A DNA stretch of 57,751 bases, counting the filler, from Squatina squatina (taxonomy: Eukaryota), in assembly GCA_031763465.1 (NCBI GenBank). It is 3 parts of 3 records of this genome, joined end to end, with 100 filler letters (N's around TTAATTAATTAA, not from the genome) between each part and the next. Parts side by side here need not be neighbours in the genome. Positions count along the whole stretch, not along the records: positions 33,911 to 57,751 come from JARFOE010000038.1; 2 more parts are not named here. The stretch is one strand, 5' to 3'. A program made the position numbers and the translations under genes. How positions within the stretch are numbered: position 1 is the stretch's first letter; each line of letters begins with the position of its first letter. Positions 36,458 to 47,200 of this stretch are shown piece by piece. The notes under the pieces are model-generated. The model did no database searches, was not told the DNA's origin, and was given only the letters and a program-made list of their open reading frames with translations.

Positions 36458-38550
36458 GCTCTCCTCGCTCTCGCACTTTATTCAGTCGCTCTCCGCTCTC
36501 CCACACGTTATACTGTTGCTCCTCTCCCTCCCGTTCTTTAAACCATCGCCGCTCCTCTCTCTAGCTACTTATACAGTTGTCCTCCTCTCTCCCGCTCTTT
36601 ATACAGTTGCTCTCCTTACTCCCACTCTTTATACATTCGGTCTCCTCTCTCCCGCTCTTTATTCAGTCGCTCTCCTCTCTCCCGCTCTTTATACAGTCGC
36701 TGTCCTCTCTCCCGCTCTTTATTCAGTCGCTCTCCTCTATCCCGCTCTTTATTCAGTCACTCTCCTCTCTCCCGCATTTATTCAGTCTCTCTCCTCTCTC
36801 CCGCTCTTTATACATTCGCTGCTCCTCTCTCCCGCTCTTTATACAATTGCCGCTCCACTCTCCCACTCTTTATTCAGTCTCTCTCCTCTCTCCCGCTCTT
36901 TATTCAGTCTCTCTCCTCTCTCCCGCTCTTAATACAGTCGCTCTCCTCTCACCCGCTCTTAATACAGTCGCTCTCCGCTCTCCCGCACTTTATTCAGTCC
37001 TCTCCTCTATCCCGCACTTTATTCAGTCCTCTCCTCTATCCCGCACTTTATACATTCACCCCTCCTCTCTCCCGCTTTTTATACAGTCGCTCTCCTCTCT
37101 GCCGCTCATTATTCAGTTGCTCGCCTCTCTTCTNNNNNNNNNNNNNNNNNNNNNNNNNNNNNNNNNNNNNNNNNNNNNNNNNNNNNNNNNNNNNNNNNNN
37201 NNNNNNNNNNNNNNNNNNNNNNNNNNNNNNNNNGCTCCTCTCTCTCGCACTTTATTCTGTCGCTCTCCTCTCTCCCGCTTTTTACACAGTTGCCGGTCCT
37301 CTCTCCTGCTCTTGATACAGTCGCCACTCCTCTCTCCTGCTCCTTATACAGTCACTGCTCCTCCCTCTCGCTCTTTATTCTTTCGCTCTCCTCTCTCCCG
37401 CACTTTATTCAGTGGCTCTCCTCTCTAACTCTCTTTATACAGTCGCTGCTCCTCTCTCCCACTCTTTATTCTTTCACTCTCCTCTCTCCCGCTCTTTATT
37501 CAGTCGCTCTCCTCTCTCCCGCTCTTTATTCAGTCACTCTCCACTCTCCCGCGTTTTACACTGTTGCCGCTCCTCTCTCCCGCTCTTGATTCAGTCGCCG
37601 CTGCTCTCTCTCGTTCTTTCTCCAGTCGCTCACCTCTGTACCACTCTTGATACATTCGCCGCACCTCTTTCCTGTTCTTTATTCAGTCGCTGTCCTCTCT
37701 ACCTCTCTGTATACAGTCGCTGCTCCTCTCTCCCGCTCTTTATTCAGTCACTCTCCTCTCTCCCACTCTTTGTTCTTTTGCTCCACTCTCTCCTGCACTT
37801 TATTCAGTCGCTCTCCTCTCTCCCGCTTTTTACACTGTTGCCGGTCCTCTCTCCCGCTCTTGATACAGTCGCCGCTCCTCTCTCCCGCACTTTATTCAGT
37901 CGCTCTCCTCTCTCCCGCTCCTTATACAGTCGCTGCTCCTCTCTCCCGCTCTTTACTCTTTCGCTCTCCTCCCTCCGGCACTTGATTCAGTCGCTCTGCT
38001 CTCTCCCGCTCTTGATACAGTTACCGCTCCTCTCTCCCGCTCTTTATATAGTCGCTGCTCCTCTCTCCCACTCTTTATACAGTCGCTGCTCCTCTCTCCC
38101 GCACTTTATTCAGTCGCTCCCCTCTCACCGCTCTTTATACAGTCGCCGCTCCTCTCTCCCGCACTTTATTCAGTCGCTCTCCTGTCTCCCGCTTTTTCAC
38201 TGTTGCCGCTCCTCTCACCCGCTCTTGATTAAGTCGCCGCTCCTCTCATCCACCCTTTATTCAGTCGCGCTCCTCTCTCGTGCTCTCTTCTAATGTCGCC
38301 GCTCCTCTCTCCCGCACTTTAGTCAGTCGCTCTCCTGTCTCCCGCTTTTTCACAGTTGCCGCTCCTCTCACCCGCTCTTGATTCAGTCGCCGCTCCTCTC
38401 TCTTGCACTCTTCTAATGTCGCTGCTCCTCTCCCGCTCTTTATACAGTCGCTCTACACTCTCCTGCTCTTTAAACCATTGCTGCTCCTCCCTCCAGCTAT
38501 TTGTCCAGTCGCGCGCCTCTCTCCTGCACTTTATCCAGTCAGTCGACTCT
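36458..38550. repeat. 30/31-bp pyrimidine-rich satellite (ctttattcagtcgctctcctctctcccgct)
   Basis: Dozens of tandem diverged units over two contigs (gap 37134-37233); explains the LLSPALYSVA-type ORFs. Confidence 0.95.
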
Positions 38551-39119
38551 NNNNNNNNNNNNNNNNNNNNNNNNNNNNNNNNNNNNNNNNNNNNNNNNNN
38601 NNNNNNNNNNNNNNNNNNNNNNNNNNNNNNNNNNNNNNNNNNNNNNNNNNATTGCCATAGACTCTTTATCATACGCACTTCCAGTGCCATCTTCTTTAAG
38701 TCTGCAACAGAGACAGTACTACATTATTACTTTCATAGGTTATTGGGTCATTCAGTTCTTCCTGCTACTCTAGAATGCAATTTGACACCCGTGACCGTTA
38801 TAAAAAGAGGAAGGCTAGATCAACCGAAAACAACCTCAAGTCAAATTATTGGCATAGTACTGCAGTGTATAATTTGAGTCACTAGACGGCAGAATATGCA
38901 CAGCTTGCTAGCAAAGTCTAGTGTATGAAACATTACATCCGTCGTCCTGATATGGGGTGTGATATTCTCCACACCATGGATTAGAAAACTGCCATCGCAT
39001 TCTCCATATCAGAACCTGCAAAAAATGTTCAACAAATGCTTTTCCAGTTTTTTTTTAAAGCAGGGGTAAGACAACAAAATGAAGGATTAAGAGGCAGGAT
39101 TGAAGGTAGCACGACAAGT

Positions 39120-39290
39120 TTAAAAAGAAAACACAGGATTCTTGGCTTAACAATCAGAGGCGTGGAGTACAAAAGCAAGGAAGTTATGCTGAGCCTTTAT
39201 GAAACAATGGTTAGGCCTCAGCTGAAGTATTGTGTTCAATTCTGAACTCCACACTTTAGGAAAGATGTCCAGGACTAGCCTGGGATGAAG
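39120..39290 (+). mobile_element. CR1 ORF2 fragment
   Basis: ILGLTIRGVEYKSKEVMLSLYETMVRPQLKYCVQF. Confidence 0.85.
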
Positions 39291-39612
39291 TCTGTGTTTT
39301 GTTTCTAAAGCTTTGACTCACACAAAGCCCTGTGGTGCAGCTGTGATTGGCTAATTACTAATTCTGTTTTTACTGTCATCATATGAATTAAATTTGGTTC
39401 AATATTTTTCAACTGTCTTGACGCCTCCTGCCTCATTTCCTAAAAGCTTTGAAAATATTTTGTTCATTTTCGGCTGGTTGTCTCTCTAACCGTCACTCCC
39501 AGTCAGCTTCTTTGCATTATTGTGGTGAGTTTGCCATAGTGTTCGATGTGAGCTCGATTGACAGGCCCCTCCACGATCAGGAACTTTCATATGCGCACAC
39601 CACAAGAGCCCA

Positions 39613-39800
39613 AAATAACACCTTGTATTTGCACAGTGCCTTTAACGTATTAGAACAACCCAGGGCGCTTCACAGGAGTGAGTATCAAACAAAATTTGAC
39701 ACTGAGCCACACATTAGGGCTGATGACCAAAAACTTGGTCGAAGAGGTAGGTTTTCAGGAGTGTGTTAGAGGAGGAGAGAGAGAGCTAGAGATGAAAAGA
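39613..39800 (-). mobile_element. L2 LINE 3' tail
   Basis: cttgtatttgcacagtgcctttaacg...acaaaatttgacactgagccaca...tgaccaaaaacttggtcgaagaggtaggtttt. Confidence 0.75.
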
Positions 39801-39904
39801 TTATAGATCCAGTCTGCCCTGTCTTCCGGAGGTCAGTGTGTGTTTCCTGGGCTTACCTGTCTGTGTGGGCTGTGCTGTGGGAGTTGGCGATTGTACTAAT
39901 TAGC

Positions 39905-40258
39905 CACTCTTGACCGTGGATCAGTTAGCGCGCACTCCTCTGAGTCATGGGTTCAAGTCCCTGAGACCTGAGAACTGAGGGAGTGCTGCACTGTCGCAGT
40001 TGTCGCCTTTTGGATGAGACATTAAACTGCCCTCTGGTGGGTGTAAAAGATCACACAGCACTATTTTGATGGCGAGCTGGGGACTTCTCCCAGGTATTCT
40101 GGCAAATATTTATTTATCCTTCAACCGTGGGACCTTGCTGTGTGCATTTTGGCTGCCGCATTCCCTACATTACAACAGCGACTACAATTTAAAAGTACTT
40201 CATTGGTTGTAAAGCGCTCCCAGGTTGTGAAAGGCGCTTTGGAAATGCAGCTTCTTGA
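39905..40258 (+). mobile_element. DeuSINE (SacSINE1-like), internally deleted
   Basis: tRNA-like head gggttcaagtccc; Deu-domain-like gagggagtgctgcactgtc...ggatgagacattaaac; tail gtaaagcgct...tgaaaggcgct. Confidence 0.8.
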
Positions 40259-40302
40259 AGTGTTATTAATTGCTGTTGTTTTTCTGTTCCCTCCGGTTTA
40301 GG

Positions 40303-41842
40303 ATGAAGATGCGCCATCACCGTGTGGTTCTGATGCTGTGTATGGCAGGAGTCTGTCTCATCTCCTTCATGCACTTTCTCAAGGCCCTGTCCTACATCAC
40401 ATTTTCCCGTGAGCTCTCTCCCTTTAGCCCTTCCCTCAGGTCCATCTTTGTCAACTCTCAGTTCTTCTGGAAGCAGGATGCGGTGGAGGGTGTGAGTGCA
40501 GGCCTGGGGCTGCAAACTGCGGCCGATGGCCAGCATGGAGGCTGGCCGCAGTTACACCGAGCCCTGTTTGAGCTGAAAGACGATGAGACCAAGTACTTCA
40601 TGCGGACGAAGGCCGGAGCTATCTGTTTCAAGCAGGGAACCAAAATGGAGAGCAAGATAGCAGCAGGGTCTGTGGAAGGGGCAGTATCCTGGGGCCGCAG
40701 TTCGATGGACAATCAGCTGACGCGGAAGGTGGTGGGCCGGGGGGTGTGTGGGAGGCCGAGGTGCAGGTGGGTAGGGTGCCCTTGCCTCCCAGGCTGGCAT
40801 GGGCCATACTGTGGGGTCCCCACCATGGTCCAGTATTCCAATTTGCCAAGGAAGGAGTGACTGAGCCCGCGGGCAGTGCCTCGCAGGGTCATCAACGCCA
40901 TCAACATCAACCACGCGTTTGACCTGATGGACGTCCGATTCCACGAGCTGGGCGACGTGGTCGACATTTTCATCTACGAGTCCAACTTCACTGCCTTTGG
41001 GGAGCCCAAGCCCCTGAAATTCGTGGAGATGCTGCTGAATGGGACCTACAGTTACGTGGGCCACAAGATCCTGTATGTTTTCCTGGACCATTTCCCCAGC
41101 GGTGGGCGGCAGGACGGATGGATTGCCGACGACGACCTGCGGACCTTCCTGACCCAGAACGGGATGAGTCGAATTGTGGATCTCCGGGATGACGACATCT
41201 TCATCATCGACGATGCCGATGAGATCCCAGCTCACGATGGCGTGCTCTTCCTCAAACTCTTCGACGGTTGGACCGAACCCTTCGCGTTCCACTTGCGCAA
41301 GTCGCTCTACGGTTTTTTCTGGAAGCAGCCGGGGAGCCTCGAGGTGGTGTCTGGCTGCACTGTGGCCATGCTCTTCATGGTCTATAACGGAGATGGCATT
41401 AAGCTGCGGCGGAGGGAGTACTATCTGATGCCAAACTTCCGACAGTACGAGAACAGCACGGGGCATATCCTGGTGCCCTGGGCACTAGGGAGCCCACTTC
41501 ATTTCGCAGGTTGGCACTGCTCCTGGTGCTTCAAGCCAGAGGGCATCCGCTACAAGCTACTGTCCGCGCAGAATGGAGACTTTCCCCGCTGGGGGAACTA
41601 CCAAGAGAAAAGGGAACTCAGCTACATTCAGGAGTTAATCCAGACTGGGGGCTGGTTTGATGGCACTGAGCAGGACTATTCCCCCTGCAGACCCCAAAGA
41701 ACACATGTACGCTCCCAATTATCTGATGCAAAACTTTGAGAAATACCGTTACATGCTGGAGAATCCATACAGGGAGGAGAGCTGGGGCCAGGGGGCAGCA
41801 GGGGTTGCTGAGATGTACAATCAGAGTGGGAAGATTACATAG
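40303..41842 (+). pseudogene. MGAT3: Beta-1,4-mannosyl-glycoprotein 4-beta-GlcNAc transferase (GnT-III), single coding exon with a nonsense codon and a frameshift
   Basis: Acceptor tttag/G then MKMR...CMAGVCLISFMHFLKALSYITF, CLPGWHGPYCG, PRRVINAIN, IIDDADEIP and GWHCSWCF. In-frame TGA at 40858-40860; extra T near 41680 shifts YPPADPKEHMYAP out of frame. Confidence 0.85.
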
Positions 41843-42199
41843 CGGCACTGGTAGCGAGCCCCGCACCAGAGGGTCAGGACAACTATGTGCAGCATCTACT
41901 GTCTGGATCGTGCCACTAACTGGGACCTGTGGGTTTCAAAAACTCCTCTTCTTTGGTGCTCCCACCTTGAGGCTGCGCGTCCGATCAAGCAGCTTCGACA
42001 ACAGCACCTGCACTTTCTTCACAACGCTCACCACCTTCATTTTTCCCAGAGTTTGCAGTTTGAGGCAAAGCTGGTTTCTATTCAGATTTTGATTGAAATT
42101 TCTTTTATGTACTAAACTCGTTCCTCTTCCCTGCCTCAAGGATTTGTGTGATTCAAGCTTTGCATTGTCCTGGGGCAGCAAAGCCCGCTGGCCCATGGC

Positions 42200-42323
42200 T
42201 CATAGAAACATAAACATAGAAACTAGGTGCAGAAGTAGGCCATTCAGCCCTTCGAGCCTGCACCGCCATTCAACACGATCATGGCTGATCATTCAACTCA
42301 GTACCCCGTACCTGCTTTCTCTC
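42200..42323 (-). mobile_element. CR1 3' end
   Basis: catagaaacataaacatagaaactaggtgcagaagtaggccattcagcccttcgagcctgcaccgccattcaa. Confidence 0.8.
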
Positions 42324-42739
42324 NNNNNNNNNNNNNNNNNNNNNNNNNNNNNNNNNNNNNNNNNNNNNNNNNNNNNNNNNNNNNNNNNNNNNNNNNNNNN
42401 NNNNNNNNNNNNNNNNNNNNNNNCTTAACGTTGATTTAGCACTAATTTATCGCCAAAAGAAATACCCGAGTTGGGCGCCCGGTATCTCTCCACATTTAGA
42501 CAAAAGCAAAAACAATATAATGACCCAAAATAATTCACTGAAATAATTCTAAAACATTCTCTGCTACATTATTAATTTCAAGCTTCGTTGATTAACTAGT
42601 TCAACATCCTGATGGCCCATCTGAAGCAAGTTTGTAGGAAATGGTGAGCCAAATTTTATGGTTAGCCTCAAATAGATCACACAAAATCAAATTCTGTATG
42701 GATAACTAAGTTTACAAATGAAAGTTCTTTCTTTTCTGT

Positions 42740-44835
42740 GATGAGGATTCCCTGTAAATATTGACACATTCCGAGAGAGCTGAGGTTAGAAAATCACTAG
42801 AGGAGTAAGATAACGCACAGGTAATGGCAGAGAAATGGTAGAAGTACTGAATAGCTAATTCACCTCAGTTTTTACTAAAGAAGATAACAAAATAGACACT
42901 TCACTGGAGGATAATATTTGAAAGAATATTAATATAGTTAGGATAGAAAGGAAGAAAATAATTGACAAATGAGCAAAACTAAAAGAGAGTTAAATCCCAG
43001 GTCTGGATGATATGCATCCATGCATACCCAAGGAAACTAGGGAGGAGATAGCAGAGGCACTGGTTTATATGTACAAAAGTTCTATAGAAGAGGGGTTGTG
43101 CCAGAGGTCTGGAGGGCAGCTAATGTTCCTCCTATATATATAAAAGGAGATTGAACAAAGTCTGGGAACTATAGATGTGAAATAAAGACACTGGAATCTA
43201 TACTAAAAGAAGTGATAGAAGAGCATCTAGAGACAGAAAATATAATAAAAAATGAACAGCATTGACTCCAAAAGGCTAAGTTATGGTTAACAAACATGGT
43301 AGAATTCTTTGAAGAGCTAACATAGACAAGGGTAGTTCAGTAGATATCATTTACTTGGATTTTCAAAAGACCTTCGATAAGGTATCACACGGTAGGCTCA
43401 TGACAAAGGTTGGTGTATGGGGACTCAGAGGACAAATAGCTGCATGGGTAGCAAATTGGTTAAAATATAGAACATTGGCAGTAGGGGAAAGGGTAGTTAT
43501 TCAGGTTGGAGGAAGGTAGAAAGCAGCATTCTAAAATTATCAGTGCTTGGGACTTTTATTCATAATTTACATTTGTGATTTGGACTTAGGAACAAATAAC
43601 TCAACAGCAAAATTTGCAGATAATACCAAACTTGGGGGAGGAGGGTGGTTTGGTGTATAGCTAACACTGAGGAAGAATACAACATAATACAAGAAGACAT
43701 TAGAAATCTTACAGACTTGGCAATCTTATGGAAAGTGAACTTTAACATAGATAAACGTAAGGTGATGCACTTTGGTAGGAAAAACAGAAACATTACCTCC
43801 ACCTTAGAAATTAAGAAACTGTGAATGGAGTAGAAGAGCAAAGGGATCTAGGGCATTCTGCCCTCTTGAGCATCCCTGATTATAATCGGTCAACCATCGA
43901 TGGCCGTGCCTTCAGCTGCTTAGGCCCTAAGTTCTGGAATTCCCTCCCTAAACCTTTCCATCTCTCTAATTTTCTCTCCTCTTTTAAGATGTTCCTTAAA
44001 ACCTACCTCTTTAACCAAACTTTTGGTCATCTGTCCTAATTTCTCCTTATGCAGCTCAGTGTCAAATCTTTTCCTTATCACACTCCTGTGAAGCTACTTG
44101 GGATGTTTTACTACTTTAAAGGCGCTATATAAATACAAGTTGTTGTTATAGGTGAACAAATCATGAAAAACAGCATCACAGGTCAGCAAAGCAATTACAA
44201 ATGGTAGCAAAGCACTGGGATTTATTTCTAGGGGCATAGAATTTGAAAGTAGTGAAGTTATGTTCAACTTATATGGGATCCTGGTCAGGCCACATTTAGA
44301 GCACTGTGTACAGTTCTGGTTTACATACTGTAAAAAGAACATAGAACACTGGGGAAAGTGTCGAAAAAGGTTTGCAAGGACATTACTGGAACTGAGAGAT
44401 TACAGCTATTGGGAAAGATTGAACAGTTAGAGGCTTTTTTTGTTCGAAAAGCGAGACTTAGAGGTGACCTGGTAGAGCTTTGTAAAATTATGAATGGGTT
44501 GCACAGGGTAGATGCGGAGAGAATGTTTCCACTTGTGGGAGAATCCAAAACCAAGGGCCATAAATACAAGATAGTTATGAATAAATCTAATAGGAAAATA
44601 AGGAGAAATGTCTTTACTCAGAGAGTGGTCAGAATTTGGAACTCGCTGGCACAGGAAGCGGTTGAGGCAAATAGTATGAAACTAGACAAATACATGAGCG
44701 AAAAAGGAATAGAAAGATATGCTGAAAGGATGAGATGAGGTAGATGGAATGGGAAGAGACTTGTGTGGAGTATAAATGCCAGCACAGAATAGTTGGGCCA
44801 AATGGCCTGTTTCTGTGCTGTATACTCTATGTAAT
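42740..44835 (+). mobile_element. 5'-truncated, degenerate CR1 LINE (RT domain to 3' UTR) with nested L2 fragment
   Basis: Degenerate motifs SVFTKED, SPGLDDMHP, VDIIYLDFQKTFDKVSH, KFADNTKLG, LVRPHLEHCVQFW and RNVFTQRVVRIWNSL, with stops and frameshifts. Confidence 0.92.
43854..44147 (+). mobile_element. L2 LINE 3' fragment nested in CR1
   Basis: GRAFSCLGPKFWNSLPKP...SFKMFLKTYLF, tail aaaggcgctatataaatacaagttgttgt; CR1 resumes immediately afterwards. Confidence 0.85.
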
Positions 44836-44929
44836 GGAGTGGTTAACCATACCAAAGGCTGAAGACTGTTCGAGAAGGATGAGGTCACATAGGATCTCAA
44901 TTGTGACTTTGAGAAGGGCTGTTTAAGTG

Positions 44930-45060
44930 CTCCGAGCCACATAAGGAGATATTAGTACCTATCTCCTTAAAGCTTGGTCAAAGAGCTAGGTTTTAAGGAG
45001 GTAGAAGTAGAGAGGCGGAGAGGTTTAGGGAGGGAATTCCAGAGCTTTGGACTGAGGCAA
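44930..45060 (-). mobile_element. L2 3' fragment
   Basis: ccgagccacataaggagatatt...gagaggtttagggagggaattccagagc. Confidence 0.75.
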
Positions 45061-45248
45061 TTGAAAGTATGACCAGTGGGAAACCTAAGCACATTGATTG
45101 CACTGGGTAAAAGAACAGCATATAGATAAAGGATAATAGTCCTTGAAACAGATGTTCAGAGTGCCAAAACAGCATTTTGCCCACTACTGGTACTTGCATA
45201 TCAATTGTGTTATTTTTTATTTCAAAGTAGCCAGAACATCACACAGTG

Positions 45249-45280
45249 ATTAACATATTTTCATCCCATAATCCTTTACG
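45249..45280 (+). promoter_or_regulatory. Putative snRNA distal sequence element (octamer-like and SPH/Staf-like)
   Basis: ATTAACAT at -219 and atCCCATAATcctttacg at -205 relative to the U4 start; this is the usual DSE position. Confidence 0.55.
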
Positions 45281-45409
45281 TTCATTTCAATCTTTTGCTG
45301 ACAAAATGCTTTTTTGTCGATTTGTGTTAAGAACACAATGTGATTCCTGGTAGCAAACCAATCCTAGCTGACAATGCAACACTGTTTGAAGCTGAGTTAT
45401 GTCGAGCCG

Positions 45410-45427
45410 TTACAACTATGAACAGTA
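45410..45427 (+). promoter_or_regulatory. Putative snRNA proximal sequence element
   Basis: ttacaactatgaacagta at -58 to -41; only a loose match to the mammalian PSE consensus. Confidence 0.35.
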
Positions 45428-45467
45428 TGCGTCGGATAGACCTCCGCGCGCCAGGGTCGATCTGGTT

Positions 45468-45611
45468 AGCTTTGCGCAGTGGCAGTATCGTAGCCGATGA
45501 GGTTTAACCGAGGCGCGATTATTGCTTATTGAAAACTTTTCCCAATACCCCGCTATGACGACTTGAAATATAGTCGGCAATGGCAATTTTTGACAGTCTC
45601 TGCGGAGACTG
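45468..45611 (+). ncRNA. RNU4: U4 spliceosomal snRNA
   Basis: AGCTTTGCGCAGTGGCAGTATCGTAGCC...TTGAAAACTTTTCCCAATACCCCG..., Sm site AATTTTTG and terminal hairpin CAGTCTC-TGCG-GAGACTG. Full length, with no poly(A) tail. Confidence 0.97.
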
Positions 45612-45789
45612 ATATTAAAATGAAAATAGATTTGGAATTTTTAATGCAATGGATTTTTTGGTGATCTGGTATTCGAAGCTTTGCACAAATATACTAAAGC
45701 CACTCTTTTAGACCTGAAAGTATTTTAAAAAATGTTGCTTTACGCAAAAAGTCACAGTAATCATTAAATGTTTATCGCATGAAAAACTT

Positions 45790-45805
45790 TGCGCCCTCTG
45801 TTGGT
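45790..45805 (-). promoter_or_regulatory. CTCF-like motif
   Basis: Minus strand CCAACAGAGGGCGCA fits the CTCF core CC(A/G)(C/G)(C/T)AG(A/G)(G/T)GGCGC with one mismatch. Confidence 0.55.
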
Positions 45806-45959
45806 AGCTGCACATTTTATAAACCAGCTCGAATCTTCAGTTTATTTTAATAATTCCTGCTATTCCTCACGGCAGGATCGTTTCCGATCTTGAATCTCTT
45901 TCTCTTTATTTTATTCTTGGATGGTTCAATAAAGCGAAATTTACTGGCTAAGGAGGTTG

Positions 45960-46090
45960 TGCTATCTGGACTATTGCTTTTTCCTACATTACAACAGTAC
46001 TTCAAAAAGTACTTAATTGGCTGTAAAGCGCTTTGGGACATCCTGTGGTCCTGTAAGACGCTACATAAATACAAGTCTCTCTTGTTCTTT
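45960..46090 (+). mobile_element. DeuSINE 3' fragment
   Basis: tttcctacattacaacagtacttcaaaaagtacttaattggctgtaaagcgctttgggacatcctg. Confidence 0.7.
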
Positions 46091-46789
46091 ATTTCGCACA
46101 TTTGGAAAGGACCATCCACAATTAAGGTCCGCCGGCATCCGAACACAATGTGCACTTGCCGGCTGAGAAACCTCTAAGAAATTTCTCGCAGACGCTGCGG
46201 TGTAGAGGGTAGAGTAGTGGTCCACAGCTCCTGGGGGACACCGTGTGTCTTAAGCGTACCTGGGATTATGTGGGCCGGTGCTACAATCAGCAAACAGAAG
46301 GTCTCTCATTAATACTATGACAGGTCGTTAGTCCTTGCACTTCAGTACGTCAAGAATAACTTAAATTTGTGATTTTGGTGTCTGGGTGTGTTCAGAATGC
46401 ATTTTGTAAGTCCTTCCAGCAAAACCATTTAAAAAACCTGAGAATAATGCTATCTTCAAAAATCTATTGGAAGCCAGTTATTTACTTTCCTGGACAATAA
46501 GCACTTTTCGTGGACAAAATCCTGTGGGTCATATGTAAATGCTTCAATTTCCGACCTAATATAGCTTTTAAAATTAAATATTTACTTGGATTTGTCAGGA
46601 GGTATCCCCTTACGCTGTAATCCATACATAATTGCTGGGCAGTAGGTGGGCAATTAGCCCAACTCTGCGCCAGTAATTAGGATTTTAATGTCGGAACTTG
46701 ACAGATTGCAAGTTTAGGATTTATCGCATGCGCAAGAGCAAGTGCAAGCAGAAATGCCATACTTACTGTCCATTTCAAAGACAGAACTC

Positions 46790-47200
46790 TGAGAGTATGC
46801 TGTCACACTTGTCAGAAGGTTGTGCACATAAATCTAGGCTGACACTCCAGTGCAGTGAGAGGGAGTGCTGCACTGTCAGAGGTGCTGTCTTTTAGATGAG
46901 ACGTTAAACCGAAACCCCATGTGCTCTCTCAGGTGGGCATAAAAGGTCCCACGGTACTATTTTGAAGAAGAGCAGAGGAGTTATCCCCGGCCAATATTTA
47001 TCCCTCAATCAACATAACAAAACAGATTATCTGGTCATTACCACATTGCTGTTTGTGGGAGTTTGCTGTGTGCAAATTGGCTGCCATGTTTCCCACATTA
47101 CAACAGTGACTACACTTCAAAAGTACATCATTGGCTGTAAAGCACTTTGAGACATCCAGTGGTCATGAAAGGCGCTATGTAAATGCTGGTCTTTCTTCTC
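46790..47200 (+). mobile_element. DeuSINE (SacSINE1-like), near full length
   Basis: gaggtgctgtcttttagatgagacgttaaaccga (Deu-domain core) through the tail gaaaggcgctatgtaaatgc..tctttctt. Confidence 0.85.

Noticed and set aside
36345-38293. 195-293 aa Leu/Ser-rich ORFs
   Set aside because: By-product of the stop-free 30-bp satellite unit.
40858-40863. MGAT3 TGA as selenocysteine or programmed readthrough
   Set aside because: The orthologous residue is Arg rather than Cys, the context is TGA-CTG rather than TGA-CTAG, no SECIS was recognised, and a separate frameshift lies downstream.
40552-41466. 304-aa antisense ORF
   Set aside because: Shadow ORF on the reverse strand of GC3-rich MGAT3 coding sequence.
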